This document shows, in pieces, positions 24,216 through 36,600 of a stretch of DNA of 47,787 bases. Location of the stretch: NCBI RefSeq assembly GCF_001194135.2, contig NC_068981.1, positions 48,102,707 through 48,150,493 on the forward strand, read 5' to 3'. The translations under genes and the position numbers were made by a program. The notes under the pieces were generated by a model that was not told the DNA's origin, ran no database searches, and saw only the letters and a list, made by a program, of their open reading frames with translations. Within the stretch, counting starts at the first letter, position 1; each line of letters starts with the position of its first letter. The stretch is from Octopus bimaculoides. Taxonomy: Eukaryota.

Positions 24216-24519
24216 TTCTTGTGCATGATTGTTGTTTTGAAATAGTTGTTCGTCTCCTGATTTTGGCCCTATCTGAAAATCATCTGTACCTCTACACGAA
24301 AGAATACGTATCTCGGTACAAGTATGGCAGTGATAATGACGTCATATATGCTGTTGATGATATTGTTGACCTACAACATGGAAATATTTTAACAAATGGC
24401 ATATAAGTACTGCATTACCGGTGGAAAACGTTTGTTGCTTGCAAGGAGGAATATATTAAATAATAAACCTCATTTTGTCATAGTTAACCCTTTCAAGGTA
24501 ACCTTCGTGTGTGCGCGTG

Positions 24520-24556
<37 letters not shown>

Positions 24557-25347
24557 GAAATATGTTAACAAAACAAAATAGAAACTACACGTGGAAATGT
24601 AAGGGGAAAAGCAGAAAAAGAAGAGAGAATGAACATTGGAAATCAAAAACAAGGTAAGGCTTTTTTATGAAAAGTAACGATATATATANNNNNNNNNNNN
24701 NNNNNNNNNNNNNNNNNNNNNNNNNNNNNNNNNNNNNNNNNNNNNNNNNNNNNNNNNNNNNNNNNNNNNNNNNNNNNNNNNNNNNNNNNNNNNNNNNNNN
24801 NNNNNNNNNNNNNNNNNNNNNNNNNNNNNNNNNNNNNNNNNNNNNNNNNNNNNNNNNNNNNNNNNNNNNNNNNNNNNNNNNNNNNNNNNNNNNNNNNNNN
24901 NNNNNNNNNNNNNNNNNNNNNNNNNNNNNNNNNNNNNNNNNNNNNNNNNNNNNNNNNNNNNNNNNNNNNNNNNNNNNNNNNNNNNNNNNNNNNNNNNNNN
25001 NNNNNNNNNNNNNNNNNNNNNNNNNNNNNNNNNNNNNNNNNNNNNNNNNNNNNNNNNNNNNNNNNNNNNNNNNNNNNNNNNNNNNNNNNNNNNNNNNNNN
25101 NNNNNNNNNNNNNNNNNNNNNNNNNNNNNNNNNNNNNNNNNNNNNNNNNNNNNNNNNNNNNNNNNNNNNNNNNNNNNNNNNNNNNNNNNNNNNNNNNNNN
25201 NNNNNNNNNNNNNNNNNNNNNNNNNNNNNNNNNNNNNNNNNNNNNNNNNNNNNNNNNNNNNNNNNNNNNNNNNNNNNNNNNNNNNNNNNNNNNNNNNNNN
25301 NNNNNNNNNNNNNNNNNNNNNNNNNNNNNNNNNNNNNNNNNNNNNNN

Positions 25348-25351
25348 ATAT

Positions 25352-25414
<63 letters not shown>

Positions 25415-25452
25415 CATACATACATACATACATACATACATACATACATACA
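25348..25452 (+). repeat. Compound (GATA)n-(CATA)n microsatellite
   Basis: Direct reading. A similar compound array lies at 26382-26541. Confidence 0.95.
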
Positions 25453-25454
25453 TT

Positions 25455-25995
25455 CGTTAGTACTGAAGATATAAGCAGTTGTTCGAAAATGTCATCACGG
25501 TACTATCCACCGATGAGACATGATGTTGCAGCTAGGACACTCTATAATGAAATCCCTCGGAAGTATAACTCCAGTGACAAAAAAAGTCATAGCCACCCGT
25601 GATAAAACGGAGTGTTGGTGTGATGTCTCTGTGAAGACCATTATAAAATATTAGCTCAAAAACCTGATATTATTATTTGAGATAGAGAAGAGAAACTGTG
25701 TACAGCAGTTAAAAACAGCTGCCCAGCAGATGTTAACATAAAGGTGAAGATCAGTGTAGAAGAGAACACCTATGCTGAACTATTGAGAAATTTGCGGTAA
25801 CTCTATCAAGATTACAAGTTCAGGTTTACAGCTGTAATTATTTTGATCCTAGGATATGTAGTACACTTCCTAAATACCAATCTTCAGAAATTAGGCTTCT
25901 CAAAACCACAAAGGAGAAAGCTAATTCAAAGACAACAGAGCTAATCCTTCGCTTGAACTGTAAAAAAATCCGCTATAACTTTCCAGAAGTTTATC
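25455..25995 (+). mobile_element. Older restriction-like-endonuclease LINE (R2/R4-like) 3' fragment
   Basis: SSCSKMSSRYY...MRHDVAARTLYNEI...KPDIII*DREEKLC...SCPADVNI...YAELLRNL, that is an RHD plus PD..(D/E) endonuclease pattern. Several stops. Confidence 0.75.
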
Positions 25996-26384
25996 ATTTA
26001 AATACATTTAAATATTTAGATATGCAACAATATGCCTGAGAATACATACATAAAACAAAACATACAAATATGCACTTATACATATATGAAGGTATCTTGG
26101 ACTAGATAAGATANNNNNNNNNNNNNNNNNNNNNNNNNNNNNNNNNNNNNNNNNNNNNNNNNNNNNNNNNNNNNNNNNNNNNNNNNNNNNNNNNNNNNNN
26201 NNNNNNNNNNNNNNNNNNNNNNNNNNNNNNNNNNNNNNNNNNNNNNNNNNNNNNNNNNNNNNNNNNNNNNNNNNNNNNNNNNNNNNNNNNNNNNNNNNNN
26301 NNNNNNNNNNNNNNNNNNNNNNNNNNNNNNNNNNNNNNNNNNNNNNNNNNNNNNNNNNNNNNNNNNNNNNNNNNNNNNNNNTAT

Positions 26385-26415
<31 letters not shown>

Positions 26416-27788
26416 CATGCATCGATCGATCCATCTATCGATCCATCCATCCATCCATACATACATACATACATATATACATACACACATTCATATATAC
26501 ATACATACATACATACATACATACATACATACATACATACACATAGGGAAAAAAACAGAATAGATAAAGACAGATAATTTGACATAATGCATGACATGAA
26601 TTTCCATACGTTTTCTAAAAGATGATTATGTTATAGAAATTTATAATATTACAAGATTCTGTATTCACTGAAATGACTGCCTGAATATACGTAGCGATAT
26701 GCCTGTGATACACAATATATAAGAAATTCGAGTATAAAATATTTTCTTAAAGGCAATATACATTATGAACAAAAGCTGCAATGAATGTGATACGAAAACT
26801 TATTTATATTTTGCATTATGCTAAGATCAATTTTAACAAGATTTGAGGATAGTATATTCATATATATAGTAAGAACCGCAAATTAAAATAGATGTAGCCG
26901 AAGTATTTCAAAGAATTCACTCTGTATTGGAAACGTTGCACATGCACACATCATTTGCAAGTGTGCAAATGCATGTTTGAGTATATATATATACACATGT
27001 GTGTATATATGTTTGTATGTAGGCATGTATGTATGTACGCGTGTGTTCGTGTGTGCGTGCGTGTGTGTGTGTGTTTGTGTATATGCATATACCTGCGACG
27101 AAGTGACAGTGATGGCATGTCTGTGTCTGCGTGTGCAGAGAGATTTTTGATTTAGTGATCGTGTATCATTAAATGCACGTATATATGTGTGTGAGTGTGT
27201 GTGCGCGTGTGTATGTGTGTGTGTGCGTGTGTGTGTGCGTGTGCGTTTGCGTGTGTGAGTTTATTTGTCCGTCTATATGCAATGTCATGACGAAATGAGA
27301 ATATGTATGCAATTTCGCTTGAAGACGAAATGATGAATTGCACCAAAGTCTGTACTCGTATAACTCAAATGAAATGTAAGGAAGCATATATAGCTATGTC
27401 CCTTCCAACATTATTATAGCATATATCTTGTGGTGATATTCAAAACTTCGTTGAAAATAATGACGCTCGTGCAGAAAATGATATGTGGTATAATAGGCCA
27501 GCATGTCATTTATAATAAAATATATACATTGCAGAGATAATTAAGTATATTTCATTACAATATACCCAAGTATAATCTAATGTACGGCAAAGGAGATAGA
27601 ATTATTGTAAAGCAAAACAAACACTTGTATGGAACTTATATGGATACTTGTTAAAATAGTGCATACAAAATGAATATAAGATTCTCATTCATTTATACTT
27701 ATCGTGGCCCACACGACCCTAATTTAACTATATTAAAAGAGAATACATTTATATATGGAAAGTTGAATTGTGTATGTCTGTCTGTCTG

Positions 27789-28200
<412 letters not shown>

Positions 28201-28369
28201 TTTTGATCACTTTGTTTATGAAATTATTTGGATAATACCATACTATATTCCGGTGCCTAAACTTAAGTGCCGCATTCAATTTTGAATATATGTATATATC
28301 TGTCTGTTAATCGGTTTGTCTCTCTAACACACAAACACACAAATACACACACACACACACTCGCACGCG

Positions 28370-28406
<37 letters not shown>

Positions 28407-29456
28407 TGCTTTCACTCAATATGTATTTATGCATGCACGCACATGGACAAATATAGAGATAATTTTATGCATATACTTACAGGATGTGCCTATATACACA
28501 TCTAAGTAAGTGTTTGCAGTGGAGTGATTAGAGCTGAAACATGTCTTTTCACGCGGAATTTTCTGTATGTGTGCAATAAAAGAATGTAAATATTATTCCG
28601 TTATGTGATATACAACTTCGAATAATGCACTTTCCCGACGTAATAATTTCATGAGTTACACTTCTTGGCGAATGCCTATTTTCGAATAATATGCAAGTGA
28701 AAAAATATTTGTCTTTAGCCTAGGATATTATTATTTAAATGTATAGCTGTCTCTCTTTAATTCTTTGGCAAAGATACATTCTCTAGACAACCTATCGTAA
28801 ACTCTACTGCTCGTGCAACAGTTTAAAACCCATTTTAATATATCTAGATATAAACCTTCTAAGCTGCTGGAATCGTGAAGTCACCAGCATTTCTTCCTGT
28901 TTTCCGTTCAGAGTACAAATTATTTATACAGATTATCATTTTAAAATATAAAATATAATAGGTCATATCTGAGCAATTCTTTCTATGCTGTTGCAATTTC
29001 ACTTACTGCAATCAGTTTTGTTATTTACCGTAGAGAAAGGTCGAGGACATTATCGAATTGTTTAAAGTTTAAGATCATTCTAAAATTAGGCATGATTCTA
29101 TTCTATATTTTTGAAAGGAAACACAGTAGCGTGCATCATACAAAAAAAACATTAGATGCGTCACTGCATAATGTAGTTGGGGACGATGTGTTTTGATAGT
29201 GTACAACTATTCTCACATAAGTAATAGTGTCTCAGTATACTACAATATAAAAAGTCCATTTAATGATTTATTATTGATAATATATACATATGTTTGCATG
29301 TGTGTGTCCGCGTATATATGTATGTATGTATGTGTGTGTGTATGCATGTATGTATGTGTAAATATATATATATATATAATTAGCAGAACCATATACACGT
29401 TCGCCTCTAGGGGTGAACAACTTGTATAAGATTCTGAGAATTATAACTGTCTTGCA

Positions 29457-29523
29457 GTTCGCGCTGAAGAGGAGCAGATTTTCTTGGTAAGAGATGTTTA
29501 AGTACGAAACCTGGTCCGCGAAT
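29457..29523 (+). ncRNA. Type I hammerhead ribozyme motif
   Basis: TTCGCG-CTGAAGA-G...C-GAAA-CCTGGT-C-CGCGAA. Perfect 6-bp stem I, intact core, GUC site (cleavage after 29516) and quasi-palindromic stem III ACC-T-GGT. Stem II is long but imperfect. Confidence 0.75.
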
Positions 29524-29683
29524 AACAATGTTTTAATTTTATGTATGTAATTTTAAATGTCTTGCTCGCTTACGGTTTCGTATTTCGCTGAATCTCTTTT
29601 GAGAATTACTAGGTCTTAGCAGACACAAAATGTGGTCTATTTCTAGCACATTAAATGTCCACTTTACTGGTCAACTTCCATGG

Positions 29684-29760
29684 GAAGAGCCGTTTTAACG
29701 ATGCGTCCTACCCAGCTCTTCGAAACGCTGGTGTTAAAACGGGGGTAGCTGATGAAGGAA
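29684..29760 (+). ncRNA. Candidate non-circularly permuted hammerhead ribozyme
   Basis: GCGT-C-CTACCC (29703-13), CTTC-GAAA-CGC (29718-28) and GGGTAG-CTGATGA-AGGA (29743-59). Stem I is 6/6, stem III 4/4, stem II weak. Confidence 0.55.
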
Positions 29761-32159
29761 AATGTTCTCTATGTGGCGTGTGTGTTTTCTTGTCTACGTT
29801 TTGTTTGCAATGTCCTGTACACATATATGCACCTATACATACAGGTGGATGTCGGTATGCACATACCTGTACGTATATATGCATATACTCATTTACTATT
29901 TGTTTTTACATGACCGAACGCAGCGTCACCATTTGTAAGTAGTTATCGCAACTTTATATTTTCCGACGCTACTCTATCTCTTTCTCTTTCTCTTTCTNNN
30001 NNNNNNNNNNNNNNNNNNNNNNNNNNNNNNNNNNNNNNNNNNNNNNNNNNNNNNNNNNNNNNNNNNNNNNNNNNNNNNNNNNNNNNNNNNNNNNNNNNNN
30101 NNNNNNNNNNNNNNNNNNNNNNNNNNNNNNNNNNNNNNNNNNNNNNNNNNNNNNNNNNNNNNNNNNNNNNNNNNNNNNNNNNNNNNNNNNNNNNNNNNNN
30201 NNNNNNNNNNNNNNNNNNNNNNNNNNNNNNNNNNNNNNNNNNNNNNNNNNNNNNNNNNNNNNNNNNNNNNNNNNNNNNNNNNNNNNNNNNNNNNNNNNNN
30301 NNNNNNNNNNNNNNNNNNNNNNNNNNNNNNNNNNNNNNNNNNNNNNNNNNNNNNNNNNNNNNNNNNNNNNNNNNNNNNNNNNNNNNNNNNNNNNNNNNNN
30401 NNNNNNNNNNNNNNNNNNNNNNNNNNNNNNNNNNNNNNNNNNNNNNNNNNNNNNNNNNNNNNNNNNNNNNNNNNNNNNNNNNNNNNNNNNNNNNNNNNNN
30501 NNNNNNNNNNNNNNNNNNNNNNNNNNNNNNNNNNNNNNNNNNNNNNNNNNNNNNNNNNNNNNNNNNNNNNNNNNNNNNNNNNNNNNNNNNNNNNNNNNNN
30601 NNNNNNNNNNNNNNNNNNNNNNNNNNNNNNNNNNNNNNNNNNNNNNNNNNNNNNNNNNNNNNNNNNNNNNNNNNNNNNNNNNNNNNNNNNNNNNNNNNNN
30701 NNNNNNNNNNNNNNNNNNNNNNNNNNNNNNNNNNNNNNNNNNNNNNNNNNNNNNNNNNNNNNNNNNNNNNNNNNNNNNNNNNNNNNNNNNNNNNNNNNNN
30801 NNNNNNNNNNNNNNNNNNNNNNNNNNNNNNNNNNNNNNNNNNNTATATATATAAACAAATATATATATACACATATATATATGCATACATGTATGTAAAA
30901 CATTGTATTTGAATTCTGTAAATGGCAGAATCTGATCTTCTAAAACACTTTGACTTGTCCACAAAATAAATTTAAACAAAATTCAAAGATGCCAATATAT
31001 TTTTCTCATTGCATATAAATTTTCATGAACAGCTTAATTGTCACTCTGCAGATAATATGTTAACTCTCATTTGAAATAGTTAAAATTTAGCAAGAAACGA
31101 GTAATTATCAGAGACTAATCCGATATGTAAAACAATTTAACGGGTGAGAAAAATAAACAGGCAATAATGACAGCATAACACATAAATATAACAAAAATAT
31201 TTTTCATAAACAATCATCAAGTAAACAAATAACACTGCTTTATTTCGATGAGAATGAAAACGCTTCTCGCGTAAATGCAATGGTACCAATTGTGACAGGC
31301 AAACGAAAGTGCTTTGCATACGTAATACATTGTATTATGCACCATGTCAAATTCAGCAACATCCAAGTTTGACAACAACGACTATAGAATATAAAATATT
31401 CACGTATGATGGAGTAGCAGACGTTTTTCAACCAAGATTTATCGGGAGATTTTGCGTCGAAGCAGACTAGTTTTCGATAAGGAAATAATGTCAAAGTATA
31501 ATATTTAATGTGTTCACATAAAGTTCAAGTGTGGTCTTGAGTTTCTTCGGACGAGCTATTTGTATGAAACAAAATAAAATGTTTTCGTGAAAAGAAATAT
31601 TAAATGGAGAGATATCAGAAATAAATTCTTTATTGTCTCCAAAGAACATTCACAAATCTACCAATATAAAAGAAAAACTCATTTAGTCACACACACGCAA
31701 ATGGGAAACAAATATAGATACAAACACCTGTATGTGTGTATGTGTGTGTGTGCGCGTGTGTGTGTATATATCAGAACGTTTGTGTTTTGGCTTGTGCGAC
31801 CATTTAAGTGTAGATATGACAATTTTTTGGAGAATACCTTGATACGATTATGTAGAATCTACTCATGAGTAGATATTTTTCAGCATCATTTTGGTTACTT
31901 TGGAATTGATTGCACACAAAAGTGCTTTCCGTGTCAGGATTACACTCTTAGTATTTGGGATCCATAATTCAGTGATTTTTGTAATGGCGTATGAACAACC
32001 ATATATGGCAAATTTGATTTGCTATATAAGCCACTTGGGATTTTCTTTCTAATTGCTTTTTGATTTTGAATGTGTGAAAGCTAATGATATGAGTTGAAGC
32101 TCATAATTATTTCTATTATTCCAAGACGACTACATATAATTTGCTAAGATGAGTATTTG

Positions 32160-32470
32160 CTTACGACGACGAGTATCCCAGTTGGTTCGATCAACGGAAC
32201 AGTTTTAGCGTGCAGTCTACGTGGACGTGATTTAACACTCCACAGACATGTGTACATGGCTACTCTTAACGTAATGCTCAGTGCGATTCAGTATGCTACA
32301 TAGAATATCATAAATCTGTCCCCTTTGAAATGCAAACACCACTCGCCTTTGCCAGTTGAGTGTTCAGGAACTTGGTGAAATAAGTTGCGTTGCTCTATGA
32401 CACAACGCACCAGTAGGATTCAACTTTAATCCCTTACGATAGAGACACGAATGCAATAATCACTAAGCTA
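32160..32470 (-). mobile_element. Old tRNA-derived SINE related to 33190-33575
   Basis: Shared body actccacagaca.gtgtac...cttaa.gta.t.ctc...ga.attcag; decayed head at about 32400-32470. Confidence 0.6.
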
Positions 32471-32599
32471 CACACCTTCACATTCATACAATTAATTCAA
32501 AGTGGATTGCACTATGGTCCTTTCTAAACTGTACGTTGCTTGGTGAAAAGGTTTTCCTAATTGGTTCATTTCAAATCTTTAAACCTACCAAATCAAGTA

Positions 32600-32950
32600 C
32601 GGTAATACGTTAATTTCCCAGCACATGTATCCAGATTTAGTCCTACGCTGATTCAGAAAGAGCATGAGTATCTTTCACTATAACTTCCTACTGTCCAAAG
32701 ACTTATGAATGGATTTTCAAGACGAAACTGAAAAAAAGCCCATGTACGTATGTGTGTGTGCGCATGCGCGTATGTCTGTAACTTACCTCTTCTCGACAAT
32801 TGTCCACGTTATGTTGACGTTCCGATAACCTACGAGTTCGGCAAAGAGTCTGCCAGAATAAAAGTAAGGCTTTAGAATATAAATGCTGGGTTTGCTCCGC
32901 TCGTCTAAATTTCCTTACGGTGGAGTCACAGAACTAAGAGAAATCCCTAA
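32600..32950 (+). mobile_element. Diverged SINE (family of 38125-38526)
   Basis: gacgaaactgaaaaaagccc and gttcggcaaagagtc..ccagaata blocks. Confidence 0.6.
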
Positions 32951-33049
32951 GATAATTAGAGCCATGCATCTCTGTGTGGAAAACTATAGAGACGATTATC
33001 TTGATGTTTTAAATATAGACTTAAATATTCACAACATGCATGCATCTTT

Positions 33050-33660
33050 TATCTTTTAGTTGCTTCATTAACTGGACTGCGAACATTCTAAGGCATCGCT
33101 TTAAAGTGTAGTCGAACAAAGGGAGGAAATACTTTTTTTATGCAAGTTTAGTAACAATGTATTGGTCTCTTTTGCTGATACACTAGATTGTTGTTGTTGG
33201 TACTCCGTCGTTTACGACGTCGAGGGTTCTAGTTGATACGATTAACAGAACAGCCTGCTCGTGAAATTAACGTGCAAGTGGCTGAGCACTCCACAGACAC
33301 GTGTACCCTTAAAGTAGTTCTCGGAGATATTCAGCGTGACACAGTGTGACAAGGCTGACCCTTTGAATTACAGGCACAATAGAAACAGGAAGAAAGAGTG
33401 AGAGAAAGTTGTGGTGAAAGAGTACAGCAGGATTCACCACCATCCCTTGCCGGAGCCTCGGGAAGCTTAAGGTGTTTTCCCTCAATACGCACTCACAAAG
33501 CCAGGTCTGGGAATCGAAGCCACGATCCTATGACCGCCAGTCCGCCGCCCTAACCACAGGGCCATTGCGCCTCCACTGATACACTAGATTACAGTGACGT
33601 AATCAAACCACCATCGGTTGCCATGCGATGCTGTGGGAGAAACACGCATACACACACGTA
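33050..33660 (-). mobile_element. Diverged SINE body split by a younger SINE insertion
   Basis: ggtctcttttgctgatacactagatt|acagtgacgtaatcaaacc rejoins to match ggtctctttttgccgaaccgctcagttacggggacgtaaacacacc at 38234-38279. Confidence 0.65.
33190..33575 (-). mobile_element. Full-length tRNA-derived SINE with a 15-bp TSD
   Basis: Head GTGGAGGCGCAATGGCCCTGTGGTTAGG (A box)...TTCGATTCCC (B box) and a (CAA)n tail. TSD ctgatacactagatt at 33175-33189 and 33576-33590. Confidence 0.9.
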
Positions 33661-36600
33661 AATGAAACCCGGTTTCACACACACTTACAGACACCCACAT
33701 GCACACAGGCATGTGTATGCACACACATATACACACATACACAGACACAGGACTATAAGACGCACAATTTATATGAACAAAATTTACTCACAAGGCGTGC
33801 TTTAATCGACCCTCGTCTATTATGTGATACACCTGCCAAAGGTACAAAGGAGTGACGTTGAACCAGAAGCCGCTTGGCTGCAAATTGAGCTATGTAACTC
33901 CTAGTTCATTCTTCATTCTTGTGTTTATTAACCGGATTTTCATGTCTACGAGTATATTTTTTATATATATATTCACCGCGTATAGATGAAGCAAATGTAC
34001 AGACTTAAGCATGAATGAATATATATCTGCAAATTTCCAAGTCACAATGTAAAAGAGTATATATAATTTGGAACAACTGTACGTAATATCTATTCATTTC
34101 AGCTATTAAGGCATAGCAACGCAGCGCTAATGCTTCTCGACATATGATTTACTTATTACATAAAGGATGAGGAATTGTAATTATATATAATCCTTACAAA
34201 CAGTTTGATATATTTCTTCATTTTCATTGGGAACGGACATGCATCATTAAGGACGTCATCTGACCTGGTATTCGAAACGAAAGACGAAACGAAGCAGGAA
34301 GCGTCCGGAATCCCGACTTCTTTACACACAATAGAGATTATGACATCAGCAAAGAATAATAAAATGAAACTATGGGATACCCACACAGACAAGCGCGCGC
34401 TCGCACATCAATATACACAGACACCCACGAAGGCTGAGACTTGAAGCAGGCCTTTCGCGTCACTCTTAAAGCAAAATATCTGCTCAAATACATATTTACT
34501 TTTGAAAGGGATAGATTAATAATAGTTAGTTGCTACTTGGGTTAGACAAATTTTTCATTCCGTTATGTACATTACTATTTTGTCAATTATTTTTGGTTAT
34601 AGAAACATATTTAGTAAAGTACATATTATATATCACAATTAGAAGACTAAAACAGAAAAGCACATTCTGAATTATTGATACATCAAATATCAAGCAACAA
34701 ACAATTACTTACAGAAAAGATGTTATCTATACACACGCGCGTACACATATATGTATAAAGATGGATGTAATTTATGTATTCATATTATAGGGAACGGAAG
34801 AATTTTCAAAAAGTGGCATATGTATTATTCATCAACGTATTTGTTACATTTGCGTAATTTCACAGATATATACGTTACGAAGATACAATTACCTTTAACC
34901 GAAATAAATAGCAGGTGATATATTAAGTAATGTTTTCTGACTAAATGCTGAATGTACTGTAGAACAAAATGCATGATGTAAATTAGGAACACGCTTGCAG
35001 TACCTCAGTTTATATTTAAATAAATATCAATAGTATATGAAAATGGAAATGAGAAAAATGCGGATGAATTTGTGAAGAACAATAATATATGCTAACACTT
35101 AAATATTATAAGTGAAGATATTAACAAAAACTAAGACTACCATTTATTTCTTATTATTGTTTCAACAAACTTGATATCGAAATACTGTGTTACTACAAAA
35201 TAAAATCAGGTAGGGAACGAGTGAATTGACATTACATATCAAACTCTCCTCAATAGTGGCAGATATGATTTCCGTTTAAATATTGCTCAGTCCATAAATC
35301 ATAGACAGTCGCCAATAAATCATTTTGCAATAAAATTCAGTCTAACTCATGCTACTTGTGATATTTCAAATTCACCACCAAAATCTCACACAACGGAGCT
35401 TTCACATTTTACTATATATATTTGTGCTTGTTTGTTATATGTTAGAATGGAAATCGAGGTAAAATGGAAGTTATTCGCAATACTGTTATTAGTTGATATG
35501 CATATAGTATTTTAAGCATAATATCTTGCTAACAATGTCATTGTGTGTGAGCGCGCTCGCGCGCGTGTGTGCGTGTGCGCACCTGCATGTGAATTTTGTG
35601 TGTATGTGCGTCTGTGCTTCCATATTGGAATTTTCCAATTCACATGTTATGTTCACGAAAAAATATGTAATTGTAATAATAACCATTGGAAAAATTTTTT
35701 TAGCATAAGGAGTACACTTTAGCCATTGCAGTATTTTATATTAACGACAATCTATGATTTGCTAACTGCGTAATAGCAGGGCATTCATTTAGCAAACAAG
35801 CTAAACGATGCCAATTTAAGAGAATACATTTTGTTTCAATGTATAATGATCCCTAGTGTAATTCGAACTTCGGAAATATATTTACCTTCATGACAGGCAT
35901 CATACATATACTGAAGCATATGGTGCTTTAGTGTAATTTGTATTTTATACAAAACGGTTATAAAGAAATCTGGCAAAATATATTTCATTGTCCACGGCAA
36001 TATAGTTCTTAGGATGCTCTCATTTGGGAAACTTTTTCTAGACAAAAATTCGTAATCATTACAGCTGTTATATTATACTTCTGAACGCATCAATGAAAAA
36101 TTAGTAGTAAATATTAAGTACAGAAATTAAGAAATGAGATACATTGTACGTGTCTTTAAGTTATTCATTATGACACACACATATTTGTAACAATGATGAC
36201 TTCGTACTAGTAGATTCATGTGATTAATAGTTTTACGAATGCATAATCATAAATAAGAGATGCATCATATATATGATTTTACTGATTGAATTCGAGTCAT
36301 ATGGTGCAGAAAATTGTCTTTAAAAGTCGTGCAATGAAATTTCCAGAACGCAATTAATTGTACTAGGATGGAAAACGGCTAGACAACATATCAGTAAGTA
36401 CCACTACCAAATAGTCTACATTTCTTCGAGCGATTATAAAGGTTAGATGCTAATAAATATGGATATATATAAAATAATATATTTGAAGTTGGTGTTTGGG
36501 GTGCTGCAGATAATGATGAGGAAGATAATGGCGATGAAGAGGACGAAAATGATCATGATGATTATATTGGTTGAAACGGAAATAACTATATCCAAGTGTT

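Larger units (their letters stand above)
22330..24500 (+). mobile_element. Mariner transposon A: decayed, interrupted twice
   Basis: N-terminus DVHADIVATLG...ENIDRVHHILM (22508-22765), middle NQIVNTNSISHD...LTLFEAHP...ESWGHHFDP (23657-23980) and C-terminus SDNDVIYAVDD...NGI*VLHYRWKTFV...EEYIK* (24240-24465). Confidence 0.85.

Noticed and set aside
25460-25495. CTGAAGA...CGAAAATGTC as a hammerhead
   Set aside because: No stem II pairing; it lies in the LINE coding remnant.
29550-29625. Opposite-polarity hammerhead between the two plus-strand motifs (GAAAC-CG-TA)
   Set aside because: No CTGANGA box can be found, so an ambisense, viroid-like reading is unsupported.
32770-32860. Minus-strand exon (ctggcag...GAG|gtaagt)
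   Set aside because: The sequence is the body of a SINE repeated several times in the window.
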